Assembly (NCBI GenBank): GCA_964291215.2
Contig: OZ219790.1
Span: 576,001-640,000 of the forward strand
From: Alphaproteobacteria bacterium
Lineage (GTDB): Bacteria; Pseudomonadota; Alphaproteobacteria; MPNO01; UBA830
Direction: 5' to 3'
Length of the DNA stretch: 64,000 bases
The translations under genes were made by a program, and so were the position numbers. The notes under the pieces were generated by a model, which saw only the letters and a program-made list of their open reading frames with translations, did no database searches and was not told where the DNA came from. Positions within the stretch are counted from its first letter, which is position 1, and each line of letters begins with the position of its first letter. This document shows positions 54,899 to 64,000 of this stretch, piece by piece.

Positions 54899-56482
54899 AT
54901 GACGATCGACATGTCGAATCAACCCGAGTTGAGCCTGCCCTTCGAGTCGACGTGGACGTTGCTCCGCAAGTGGCGGGAACGCGATGCCGCCAGGATCGCG
55001 ATAATCGATCTCGACCAGGATTGCCGGCAAATCTCATGGGGCCGGCTCGCCGACGAGGCCGACAGGATCGCGCAATACCTCACCGATCGCGGCATCAAGC
55101 CTGGCGACAAGGTTGCGCTCCTGTCGGATGAGGTCATCGAGAAACTCATTATCTGGATGGGAATCTGGCGGCTCGGTGCAGCGGTTTGTCCGCTCAACGT
55201 CGAACTGAACGAGAGCCATCTCGCCGAGCTGCTCGAGCAGATCGAGCCCGAGCTGACTGTGTGCCATCAAGATCTCAACAGTTCCCGCATGGTCGGAAAC
55301 AGCGGGGTGGTTCGCTTCGGAGACTGGACCGAAAACGGCAACTCGACGGACCCGTTCTTCTCGAAGATCGCGTCCTGTCCCGACGGCGCCGGGCAGAATA
55401 TACCGAGCGAGAACAATCCCGAGGATCTTGCATGCATCTTCTGCACGTCGGGAACGTCAGCCAAACCCAAGAGCGTCGTCTACAACCACATCTCCTACTG
55501 GCTGAGCGGGCTATCGTCGATCGATATGGTCGGGCTGACCGAAGACGACCGCACACTGGAGTACCGCTCCTTCGGCTGGAACTCCGCCCAGATACTCAGC
55601 TTCATGCCCTGGCTGCAGCTCGGCCTCACCATGCACATCGCCAAGCGGTTCTCGCGCTCGCGGTTCTTTGGCTGGATCCGCGATCACCAGATCACCTATT
55701 CCGTCGGCGTTCCCACTGTCGTCAACATGCTGCTGAACGAACCGCCTCCTGAAGAGGAGCGAGACGTGCCCTCGCTCAGACTGATGACCTGTTCGACCGC
55801 TCCGCTCTCTCCTGACCAGTGGGAGAATTTTGAACAGATGTACGACATCACCCTGCTGCAGCTCTACGGGATGTCGGAAGCCGGATGGATCTGCGGCAAC
55901 CGCCATTACCGAAAACGGATGGGAACGGTCGGGCCACCGGCCAAGCATCAGGAACTGGAAATCGTGGACGCCTCCGGCAACCGCTGTCCGGCCGGGGTGG
56001 AGGGAGAAATCACGGTTGGCGGCCCGCAGGCATGCAGCGCCACGATCTCGCCCGAAGGACGATACGAACCACGCAACGGCGGGCGCATATCCACCGGCGA
56101 TGTCGGCATCATGGACGAAGACGGCTTTGTCACCGTTGTTGGCCGCCTCAAGGATCTCATCATTCGTGGCGGTGTGAACATCGCGCCGGTCGAGATCGAC
56201 AACGTGCTGCTCAGGCATCCGAAGGTGCTCGAAGCGGCCGCGGTCGGCGTGCCACACGACATCTATGGCGAAGAAGTAGTCGCCTATATCGTGGTCAGGC
56301 CGGGCGAGGCATTTTCCGCGTCCGACGCCAGAGCATGGTGCAGGCAGAGCTTGCCTGAAGCGAAATACCCGAAGCAGCTCTACTTCGTCGACGAGCTGCC
56401 AAGGTCAGATCGCGGCAAGATACTTCGTGACCGTCTGCGGGAACGGTGGCAGGCGGACGCCGGCGCGGCGGGAGCTGCCTGA
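54899..56482 (+). CDS. Class I adenylate-forming enzyme (acyl-CoA ligase-like)
   Basis: TSGTSAKPK, YGMSE, TGD, GRLKDLIIRGG, GKI; start uncertain (54839-54911). Confidence 0.93.
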   Translation: MTIDMSNQPELSLPFESTWTLLRKWRERDAARIAIIDLDQDCRQISWGRLADEADRIAQYLTDRGIKPGDKVALLSDEVIEKLIIWMGIWRLGAAVCPLNVELNESHLAELLEQIEPELTVCHQDLNSSRMVGNSGVVRFGDWTENGNSTDPFFSKIASCPDGAGQNIPSENNPEDLACIFCTSGTSAKPKSVVYNHISYWLSGLSSIDMVGLTEDDRTLEYRSFGWNSAQILSFMPWLQLGLTMHIAKRFSRSRFFGWIRDHQITYSVGVPTVVNMLLNEPPPEEERDVPSLRLMTCSTAPLSPDQWENFEQMYDITLLQLYGMSEAGWICGNRHYRKRMGTVGPPAKHQELEIVDASGNRCPAGVEGEITVGGPQACSATISPEGRYEPRNGGRISTGDVGIMDEDGFVTVVGRLKDLIIRGGVNIAPVEIDNVLLRHPKVLEAAAVGVPHDIYGEEVVAYIVVRPGEAFSASDARAWCRQSLPEAKYPKQLYFVDELPRSDRGKILRDRLRERWQADAGAAGAA

Positions 56483-56714
56483 GCAACGCCCGCGTTCGGC
56501 AACCGTCGGCCCGGATCCGGAGCGGCGCGATAATCGATCACGCCGGATTGTCGCCGCGAGTTCACGGATCCGCCCCGCATGCCACGATCTGCCAGGCCTT
56601 CATTCGCATCCTGAAATCCGCTACCTTCCCGCCCGGTTCCGGTCCGGACCTGTTTCCCGCATCGCCCGTCCCGGGCATGCTTCCCGTGCATTTCAACCAG
56701 AAAAGGAGCTTTCG

Positions 56715-57272
56715 ATGACACCATCCGGGGTCAGCTCTGTCTGCGTGTTCTGTGGCGCCGCCACGGGCAAGGACGAGGTTTTCGCTGACGCGGCTGCCGA
56801 CCTCGGCACCCGCATCGCCGAGGCCGGCATGCGGCTGGTGTTCGGCGGTGGCAGCAAGGGGCTGATGGGAACCGTTTCCGGGGCTGCGCTTGCTGCCGGG
56901 GGGCATGTCGTGGGCATCATTCCCGGTTTTCTCTACGAACAGGAACTTGCGAACGAGGAGCTTACCGAACTGCATGTCGTCGCCGGTATGCACGAACGAA
57001 AACGCAAGATGTTCGACATGTCCGATGCCTTCATTGCCCTGCCCGGCGGCATCGGCACCCTCGACGAGACCCTGGAAATGATTACGTGGCGGCAGCTCGG
57101 CCACCACGGGAAACCGATACTGCTCGTCAACGTACGCGACTACTGGGCGCCCTTCCGGACCGTCTTGGACAGCATTGTCAGCAACGGTTTCGCGCACGGC
57201 CGGATGGACAACCTGTTCCACCTTGCTGACAGCCCGCAGGCGGTGCTCGATCTTCTGAACGCGCAGCGCTGA
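56715..57272 (+). CDS. LOG family nucleotide phosphoribohydrolase (TIGR00730-like)
   Basis: VCVFCG, GG..GLMG, MHERK, PGGIGTLDE. Confidence 0.94.
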   Translation: MTPSGVSSVCVFCGAATGKDEVFADAAADLGTRIAEAGMRLVFGGGSKGLMGTVSGAALAAGGHVVGIIPGFLYEQELANEELTELHVVAGMHERKRKMFDMSDAFIALPGGIGTLDETLEMITWRQLGHHGKPILLVNVRDYWAPFRTVLDSIVSNGFAHGRMDNLFHLADSPQAVLDLLNAQR

Positions 57273-57285
57273 AGCGGCGCTGCGC
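57261..57285. terminator. Hairpin between convergent genes
   Basis: GCGCAGCGC-7 nt-GCGCTGCGC perfect 9-bp stem; no clear U tract. Confidence 0.3.
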
Positions 57286-57294
57286 AGCGGCGAT

Positions 57295-58662
57295 TTATCC
57301 GTGCCAGGGCGTGACCGCGCCCTTCAGTGCGCGGTACCCCTCCAGAAAGCCCGGACGGGTGCCGCCATAGATCGAATCGAACGTGGCAAGGACGCCGTCG
57401 AGCCAGCCGCGCAGTTCCGCGTTATCCGGATTGGCATCAAGATAGGCATCGCGGATCAGGACGAAATGAATCCTGGGGTCATAGGGACGCTTGGTGCCGC
57501 CCATGGACTCGTCGCCGTCAAGGAGCCGCAACAGCATGGCGTCTGCCGAGCCGAGGGTCTGTTCGTGAATCGGCGGCCCTGACATCCGGTGCATGACTGA
57601 CGTCATGTCGCGGCCGTTGCCGGTGGTGTAGCCCATTTCACGCCAGGCGGCGTCCATGTCGATTTCGGTACCCAGATGCTTCGCAACCCGCCCGCCATAG
57701 GCGCGGAGCGGATCGGAGACATCGGCCAACAGGTCGGTCAGCCGGTCACCGTCGAGGTCGGTCGCGAGCACGATGCAGTCCCGCTGCTCTATCAGGTCCC
57801 ATAGCAGCAGACCGTAATTCGTGTCCGAGATGTGCTGCTCTATGCGGCCGCCCCACTCGTTCATGCCGTCCCTGAAATCGGCCGGCAACAGCGCGATTAT
57901 CCGGTCGATCCGCTCCTTGTGCTCGTCGTAGGGATCGACAGCGTAGCGGCGTCCGACCTCGAACCTGGTTCCCCGAAGCAGCCATGAATGCAGGCCCGCG
58001 TTGATGCCGTCTTCCATGGCTTGGGTAGGCTTGGTCGCGACGCGGCCGATTGCTCCGGTCTCATGAACCATCCTCAGGAACAACCGGTTCGCATAGGCAA
58101 GCTGGACGCCCGGCGTGTTCATCTCGGAGTGAATGACACCGCCCTCGTTGACATCGAACACGGCCCGGTTCTGCGAATAGGGCAGGCACGGCATGCACCG
58201 CACAACGGTGATCGGACCGTACGGGCGGACATTGCAGTACACACCGGCCCGGGTTCTCAGCGGCGCGTTCCCCGATTTGCCCATGACGACGACCTTGCCG
58301 CCCTTGCCGTCATCCACATACGCGTCGCCCGCCGTCGACCACTTGATGGATGTGCAGGGCATGTTTCCGAACCAGGCAAGAGGCTTCAGCTCCTTGTCAT
58401 GGCGGTACTGCGACCACATCGGGACCGCATAGAACGGAAGATCGAGTATGTCGATGGCGGCCAGCGTACCGAGAAGCGCGTAGGCGTCGGTCAGGCAATG
58501 GGCGACAGGGTTGAGAGTCCCGTCGTGATTGCCGCCCTTCCAGACAACCGCATCCGGGTGGCCCGTGGGCCTGATGTCCGCGGGCGCAAACATGCCTTCG
58601 AAGATGCCGCACAGGTCGCCACCCTCGGCTTCGGTGCGCGCGATAGACAAAAGATCGATCAT
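57295..58662 (-). CDS. Highly divergent isocitrate/isopropylmalate dehydrogenase-fold protein
   Basis: IKWST, KSGNAPLR...NVRP, VVRC...PY, TKPT, SD, DGDRLTD, MTSV, EQTLGSA; directly downstream of alaS. Confidence 0.7.
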   Translation of the reverse strand: MIDLLSIARTEAEGGDLCGIFEGMFAPADIRPTGHPDAVVWKGGNHDGTLNPVAHCLTDAYALLGTLAAIDILDLPFYAVPMWSQYRHDKELKPLAWFGNMPCTSIKWSTAGDAYVDDGKGGKVVVMGKSGNAPLRTRAGVYCNVRPYGPITVVRCMPCLPYSQNRAVFDVNEGGVIHSEMNTPGVQLAYANRLFLRMVHETGAIGRVATKPTQAMEDGINAGLHSWLLRGTRFEVGRRYAVDPYDEHKERIDRIIALLPADFRDGMNEWGGRIEQHISDTNYGLLLWDLIEQRDCIVLATDLDGDRLTDLLADVSDPLRAYGGRVAKHLGTEIDMDAAWREMGYTTGNGRDMTSVMHRMSGPPIHEQTLGSADAMLLRLLDGDESMGGTKRPYDPRIHFVLIRDAYLDANPDNAELRGWLDGVLATFDSIYGGTRPGFLEGYRALKGAVTPWHG

Positions 58663-58765
58663 GAACGCCTCATTCCTTTGCTGCTTTTCGGCAAGAATCC
58701 GTTACGGCAGAGGCCGCGTTCCCCACCGGGCCGTCCGCCCGCGACCGGGAAGCCGCAATGCCGGC

Positions 58766-61426
58766 CTATCCCGTTTGCTCCGCGATCGACGCAGCGATCG
58801 CCTCCAGTGCCGCCGCTGCCGCCGACCCTTCCGGCCCGCCCGACTGGGCCATATCGGGACGGCCGCCTCCGCCCTTGCCGCCGAGCACCGCGGAGCCCGC
58901 TCGGACGAGATCGACGGCGCTGATCCTGTCAGCAACGTCGGCGGTGACGCCGACGACAAGCGATGCGCGACCGTCGGTGACGGACACCAGCGCAGCAACC
59001 CCCGATCCGATCTTCTTCTTGATCTCGTCAGCCATGGGTTTCAGTTCCCTGGGCGGCACGTCGGCAAGCTGGCGCGGCGCGAACCTTATGCCCGCGACTT
59101 CGCGCACATCGTCATCCTTTCCTTCGGCCCCGTTGCCGGCTCCACCGGTAGCAATCGTGCGACGCAAATCGACAAGTTCCCGTTCGAGTTGCCTGCGTTC
59201 GTCGAGAAGAGCATCGATGCGGGTCGGCAGATCCTGTCTTCCTGTTCGCAGCAAGGCCGCGGCCCTGCCCAGGACTGCGTCCTGCTCCAGTATGCGGTCA
59301 TCTGCCGCAACGCCCGCAACAGCCTCGATTCGGCGCACGCCCGCACCGACCGCGCTTTCGTCGATGATGTGAAAATAACCGATATCTCCCGTGCGCCCGA
59401 CATGCGTGCCGCCGCACAATTCGACCGAATAGCGTCCGGAATCGGCGCCCATGCCCACCACCCGTACCTCGGCCCCGTACTTCTCGCCGAACAGCGCCAT
59501 GGCGCCATCCTCAACTGCCTGGTCCGGGGTCATAAGCCGGGTCTCGACCAACGTGTTGAGGCGAATGCGGGCGTTGACCTCCCTTTCGACGGCAATGAGG
59601 TTCTCGGAGCCGATTGCTGTCGGATGGGATATGTCGAAGCGCAACCGGTCGGGCGCAACCAGGGAGCCCTTCTGCGTCACGTGATCTCCCAGCTTTCGCC
59701 GCAGCGCCTCGTGAAGAAGGTGGGTGGCGGAGTGGTGAGCGCGCAATGCCGCCCGGCGGGCGCCATCAACCTCGAACCGTGCCGCGAGGCCGCACGCGAC
59801 CTCTCCGCCAACAACGGTGCCGAGATGGACATGCAGGTCATCGGCCCTCCTGAGGGTATCGTCGACTTCGATCTCGAACTCGTCCGCAATGATCCTGCCG
59901 CGATCACCGACCTGGCCGCCGCTCTCTGCATAGAACGGCGTCTGGTTGGCAACAAGCGCTATCGCCGCGCCTTGCCCCGCTGTTTGGACCTCGGCGCCGT
60001 CGATGACCAGACAGACCACGACCCCTTCAGCGGTTTCCGTGCTGTAACCCAGAAACTCGGTTGCGCCGGAGCGCTCGCGAAGTTCGAACCACTGGGCCTC
60101 GTCAGCCATCGCGCCGATCCCGCTCCAGTGCCTTCTCGCCTCGGCGCGCTGGCGCTCCATCGCCGCCTCGAACCCCGCGGCATCAACGGTCATGCCCTTG
60201 CCGCGGAGGACATCCTGGGTGAGATCAACAGGAAATCCGTAAGTGTCATAGAGGCGGAATGCGATGTCGCCGGGAAGAACTCCACCGTCAGGGAGTTTTC
60301 CGCTCTCGTCGGCCAGAATTCTCAGCCCCCTGGCCAGCATGTCGCTGAATCTGCCTTCTTCCAGCTTCAACGTTTCGGAGATCAGCGTCTGGGCGCGCTC
60401 GAGCTCGGGAAACGCCTTGCCCATCTCCCCGACCAGCGTCGGCACCAGCTTCCACAGGACGGGTTCCTCGCAACCCATCATGTGGCCGTGACGCATGGCC
60501 CGGCGCATGATCCGCCGCAACACATATCCCCGGCCTTCGTTGGAGGGCAGTACGCCGTCGGCGATAAGGAAACAGCTCGCCCGCAGATGGTCTGCGATCA
60601 CGCGGTGGCCGACGACATGTTCGCCATCGGCTGCGACGCCGGACACCGAGGCCGAGGCGGAAATCAGCGCCTGCATCAGGTCGATATCGTAATTGTCGTG
60701 CTTCCCCTGCAGCACGGCGGCGACCCGCTCAAGGCCCATGCCGGTGTCAATCGACGGTCGCGGAAGGTCGTTTCTGGTCTCCGCATCAACCTGCTCGAAC
60801 TGCATGAACACCAGATTCCAGATCTCGATGAAGCGGTCCCCGTCCTCGTCCGGGCTTCCCGGCGGGCCTCCGGGGATCTCCTCGCCATGGTCGTAGAAAA
60901 TCTCGGAACACGGCCCGCACGGTCCGGTCTCGCCCATCGACCAGAAATTGTCACTCGTGCCTATGCGGATGATGCGCTGTTCGGGAAGCCCGGCGATCTT
61001 CCTCCAAAGGTCGAATGCCTGGTCGTCCTCGGCATAGACCGTGACCAGCAGGCGTTCGGGTGCGAGGCCGAATTCACGGGCAACAAGGCCCCAGGCCAAC
61101 TCGATGGCAACATCCTTGAAGTAGTCGCCAAACGAAAAATTTCCCAGCATCTCGAAAAACGTATGGTGGCGTGCTGTGTAGCCGACATTTTCGAGATCAT
61201 TGTGCTTGCCGCCGGCACGCACGCATTTCTGCGAAGTGACCGCCCTGTTGCAGGAACGGTTCTCAATCCCGGTAAAGACGTTCTTGAACTGCACCATGCC
61301 GGCATTGGTGAAAAGCAGCGTCGGGTCATTGTGCGGCACCAGCGGAGACGACGCGACGATCTCGTGGCCGTTGGCCGCGAAATAGTCGAGAAACGCGGTT
61401 CTGATCTCACTGGTGCGGTGAGTCAC
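58766..61426 (-). CDS. alaS: Alanine--tRNA ligase
   Basis: [42 protein letters not shown]. Confidence 0.99.
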   Translation of the reverse strand: MTHRTSEIRTAFLDYFAANGHEIVASSPLVPHNDPTLLFTNAGMVQFKNVFTGIENRSCNRAVTSQKCVRAGGKHNDLENVGYTARHHTFFEMLGNFSFGDYFKDVAIELAWGLVAREFGLAPERLLVTVYAEDDQAFDLWRKIAGLPEQRIIRIGTSDNFWSMGETGPCGPCSEIFYDHGEEIPGGPPGSPDEDGDRFIEIWNLVFMQFEQVDAETRNDLPRPSIDTGMGLERVAAVLQGKHDNYDIDLMQALISASASVSGVAADGEHVVGHRVIADHLRASCFLIADGVLPSNEGRGYVLRRIMRRAMRHGHMMGCEEPVLWKLVPTLVGEMGKAFPELERAQTLISETLKLEEGRFSDMLARGLRILADESGKLPDGGVLPGDIAFRLYDTYGFPVDLTQDVLRGKGMTVDAAGFEAAMERQRAEARRHWSGIGAMADEAQWFELRERSGATEFLGYSTETAEGVVVCLVIDGAEVQTAGQGAAIALVANQTPFYAESGGQVGDRGRIIADEFEIEVDDTLRRADDLHVHLGTVVGGEVACGLAARFEVDGARRAALRAHHSATHLLHEALRRKLGDHVTQKGSLVAPDRLRFDISHPTAIGSENLIAVEREVNARIRLNTLVETRLMTPDQAVEDGAMALFGEKYGAEVRVVGMGADSGRYSVELCGGTHVGRTGDIGYFHIIDESAVGAGVRRIEAVAGVAADDRILEQDAVLGRAAALLRTGRQDLPTRIDALLDERRQLERELVDLRRTIATGGAGNGAEGKDDDVREVAGIRFAPRQLADVPPRELKPMADEIKKKIGSGVAALVSVTDGRASLVVGVTADVADRISAVDLVRAGSAVLGGKGGGGRPDMAQSGGPEGSAAAAALEAIAASIAEQTG

Positions 61427-61641
61427 GATGGTCTTCCGTGCGGTTCATGCCGGCCGGCGGCAGCGATTGCCGTGAAGATATATCGGTTTTGGAGCTTCCG
61501 GGCTACCGTGTTTTTTGGCGTCGATCGGACAGGGAGATCTGCCGGACCGCGTCATCGCCGGACCGCACCGGCCACGCTCCCGACCGGTCGGGAGCGCGGC
61601 CCGGGCCGGAGGCAGCAATGCACCGCCGTCCGGCTGCGGGT

Positions 61642-62757
61642 TCAGAGAACCTTGCCAGCCTGGGCGTCGTCGTCCTCGGTCACCGGGCCGGGCGGGCTGT
61701 CGCTCATCGCTGCTTCCGACAGCACGCCGGCATGCTGAAGGATTTCGAGGCGAAGATTCTCGGCGATCTCGGGATTCTCCACGAGGAACTGCTTGGCGTT
61801 CTCGCGTCCCTGGCCGATGCGCTGATCGCCACAGGAGTACCAGGAACCGGATTTCTCCACGATCGCCGCCTTGACGCCGAGATCGATCAGCTCTCCTGTC
61901 TGCGAGATGCCCTCGCCATACATGATGTCGAACTCGATCGTCTTGAACGGTGGCGCCATCTTGTTCTTGACAACCTTCACGCGGGTCTGGTTGCCAACAA
62001 TCTCGTCCCTGTCCTTGATGGCGCCGATGCGACGGATATCGAGGCGTACCGAGGAATAGAACTTGAGGGCGTTGCCGCCGGTCGTGGTCTCGGGACTGCC
62101 GAACATGACGCCGATCTTCATGCGTATCTGGTTGATGAAAATTATCAGGCACCGCGAACGGCTGATCGAACCCGTCAGTTTGCGGAGCGCCTGGCTCATC
62201 AGCCGCGCCTGCAGACCGACATGAGTATCGCCCATCTCACCCTCGAGCTCGGCCCTCGGGACCAGCGCCGCGACAGAGTCGATGACAATCACGTCGATTG
62301 CGCCCGACCGCACGAGCGTATCGGCAATCTCGAGCGCCTGCTCGCCAGCATCGGGCTGCGAGATCAGCAACTCGTCGGTATCGACATCAAGCTTCCTGGC
62401 ATAGGCCGGGTCAAGCGCATGCTCGGCATCGATGAACGCGCAAGCGCCGCCAGCCTTCTGCGCCTCGGCAATCACGTGAAGCGCCAGCGTTGTCTTGCCG
62501 GAACTCTCGGGTCCGTAGATCTCGGTGATCCGCCCGCGCGGCACACCGCCAATTCCGAGCGCAATGTCGAGCCCGAGCGAACCCGTCGACACCGCTTCGA
62601 TATCAGCCTGGGCAGACGCGTCGCCAAGCTTCATGATCGAGCCCTTGCCATGGGCACGCTCGATCTGGCCCAAGGCCGCCTCGAGCGCCTTGGACCTGTC
62701 CACACCAGATCTGTTCATCCCGTCACTTTCAACCACTCTGAGTCTGGAACCGGCCAT
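61642..62757 (-). CDS. recA: Recombinase RecA
   Basis: [26 protein letters not shown]. Confidence 0.99.
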   Translation of the reverse strand: MAGSRLRVVESDGMNRSGVDRSKALEAALGQIERAHGKGSIMKLGDASAQADIEAVSTGSLGLDIALGIGGVPRGRITEIYGPESSGKTTLALHVIAEAQKAGGACAFIDAEHALDPAYARKLDVDTDELLISQPDAGEQALEIADTLVRSGAIDVIVIDSVAALVPRAELEGEMGDTHVGLQARLMSQALRKLTGSISRSRCLIIFINQIRMKIGVMFGSPETTTGGNALKFYSSVRLDIRRIGAIKDRDEIVGNQTRVKVVKNKMAPPFKTIEFDIMYGEGISQTGELIDLGVKAAIVEKSGSWYSCGDQRIGQGRENAKQFLVENPEIAENLRLEILQHAGVLSEAAMSDSPPGPVTEDDDAQAGKVL

Positions 62758-62814
62758 ATCCGTTCTCCTTATTCCACATGGTTCTATCCAACTCAACCTA
62801 TCCAGGACACAAAT

Positions 62815-62829
62815 GTACTCGTTTTGTTC
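62815..62829 (-). promoter_or_regulatory. Alphaproteobacterial LexA (SOS) box upstream of recA
   Basis: GAAC-AAAACGA-GTAC on minus (GAAC-N7-GTAC). Confidence 0.8.
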
Positions 62830-62999
62830 TTGTTGGCAAGGGGGAGCAGCAATTTTTTGCCGAATCGGCCTGCCAGCGACGATTCGCTCTCGAACGACTC
62901 TACAAATTAATATTGTATAATAATATCAGCTAATTATATGATGCATGCCGCGCCGTTCCAAGGTTCCGGACAGGCCGGAAAGCGATTCTCCTCAATATT

Positions 63000-63014
63000 T
63001 TTCTCGTTTTGTTC
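63000..63014 (-). promoter_or_regulatory. Second LexA-like box
   Basis: GAAC-AAAACGA-GAAA, same 7-nt spacer as the proximal box. Confidence 0.5.
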
Positions 63015-63048
63015 CTGCAGGCGATTCGTCATCTCGTTATTCTGGCAC

Positions 63049-63999
63049 TCACGAACCACGGCTCGGCGCCGCATCTCCGGCCCCGGAAATCCACTTCGAC
63101 ACGTCATCGACAAAGGCCCGTGCGACGGCCACCGCATCCTCCTCCTCCGTTCCGCCGGAAAGGAGACGCGCGGCATCGAGCGAATGGCTTCCGGCAACGG
63201 GCTCGCTCTCGGCGAGGAACGCCGCCGCCGCCGCCGCTTCCTCCGGTTCCGGCGCGTCGCTCAGCGCAGCAAGACCGCATGCGCCCAGCCGGACTGCCTC
63301 CGTGGCCGGAGCGCGAGCCTCGTCCTCAAAACCGCCGCCGGCAAGCAACTGCGCAGCCTTGAGCTTCCTTTCGGCCTGCTCGGCCAGCGCTTGGGCGCGC
63401 AGGATGCGACGCTTGTCGAACCCCGCCTCGCCGTCGGATCCCGCATGATGGATTTCGCGCATGTTCTCGGCCGGCATGGAAATCAGCCCGGTCTCGGCCA
63501 GCCGCAACATCGATTCGTGCGTGGCCACGTCAATCACGCTTGGCCTGAACCCGGAATCGGCGGCGAGACGCCGCTCTTCCGCAGCGACCTTCCCGGGCGG
63601 CAGGTCGAGCACCACCAGCACCGTGTCCGGATTGCCGTCCCGCCCCTCTCGCACCAGCAACCGCCGCAGCGCGGCGCCATGGCAAGCGACAAGGTCCTCG
63701 TGCAAGGCCTCGAGCCTGTCGACCTCCGGCGGACCTTTTCCGCTTTCGTCGAGAACCTGGTTGAGGCGTTCGATGAAGGCGTTCCGCCCGGTCGGCAGCT
63801 TGATCTCCGCCAGGTCGCCCCGCCGGTCGAGTACGCCGTCCGCAAGCGCCTGCTTGCTCGCCAGCAGCCCGAGCATGCGGTGCTCTATGGTCTCCTCGCT
63901 CACCAGGTTGATGACATTCACCGATCGCGTCTGGTACTTGCGCCAGGCCCGCGAGATCCGCTGCTCGAGCCGGGCCGGATTCCATGGCTGATCAAGGTT
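63049..63999 (-). CDS. SNF2-family helicase, C-terminal part (5' end outside the window)
   Basis: NLDQPWNPARLEQRISRAWR...VNVINLVSEETIE motif VI region plus a ~230-aa tail. Confidence 0.88.
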   Translation of the reverse strand, partial: NLDQPWNPARLEQRISRAWRKYQTRSVNVINLVSEETIEHRMLGLLASKQALADGVLDRRGDLAEIKLPTGRNAFIERLNQVLDESGKGPPEVDRLEALHEDLVACHGAALRRLLVREGRDGNPDTVLVVLDLPPGKVAAEERRLAADSGFRPSVIDVATHESMLRLAETGLISMPAENMREIHHAGSDGEAGFDKRRILRAQALAEQAERKLKAAQLLAGGGFEDEARAPATEAVRLGACGLAALSDAPEPEEAAAAAAFLAESEPVAGSHSLDAARLLSGGTEEEDAVAVARAFVDDVSKWISGAGDAAPSRGS

Positions 64000-64000
64000 G

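Noticed and set aside
58529-61738. 1069-aa plus-strand ORF
   Set aside because: Antisense shadow of alaS.

Overview
GC-rich alphaproteobacterial chromosome segment (Rhodospirillales-like synteny; the host is inferred, not identified). Bases 1-23.7 kb are one CRISPR-Cas locus. It has a 72-repeat array with a type I-G-style repeat transcribed on the minus strand, then cas2 and a cas4-cas1 fusion. A divergent, almost fully translationally coupled run follows: type I-G genes (cas3, cas8g, csb1/cas7, an unusually long csb2) continue straight into a Csx1-like CARF-HEPN-CARF effector and a complete type III-B cmr1-6 module, with no standalone cas6. A degenerate repeat-spacer-repeat unit (candidate crRNA-like regulatory RNA) sits upstream of cas4-cas1, cut by an ISKra4-type MITE, and a second ISKra4 remnant follows cmr6. 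The rest holds core genes (hppA, bamE, yceD-rpmF-plsX-fabH-ihfA-merR-tRNA-Pro, tRNA-Gly, alaS, recA), a large catabolic accessory region, a decayed IS4 with a nested MITE upstream of amtB, a very divergent isocitrate-dehydrogenase-fold gene and a truncated SNF2 helicase. All family calls come from motif recognition by eye; no database searches were run.
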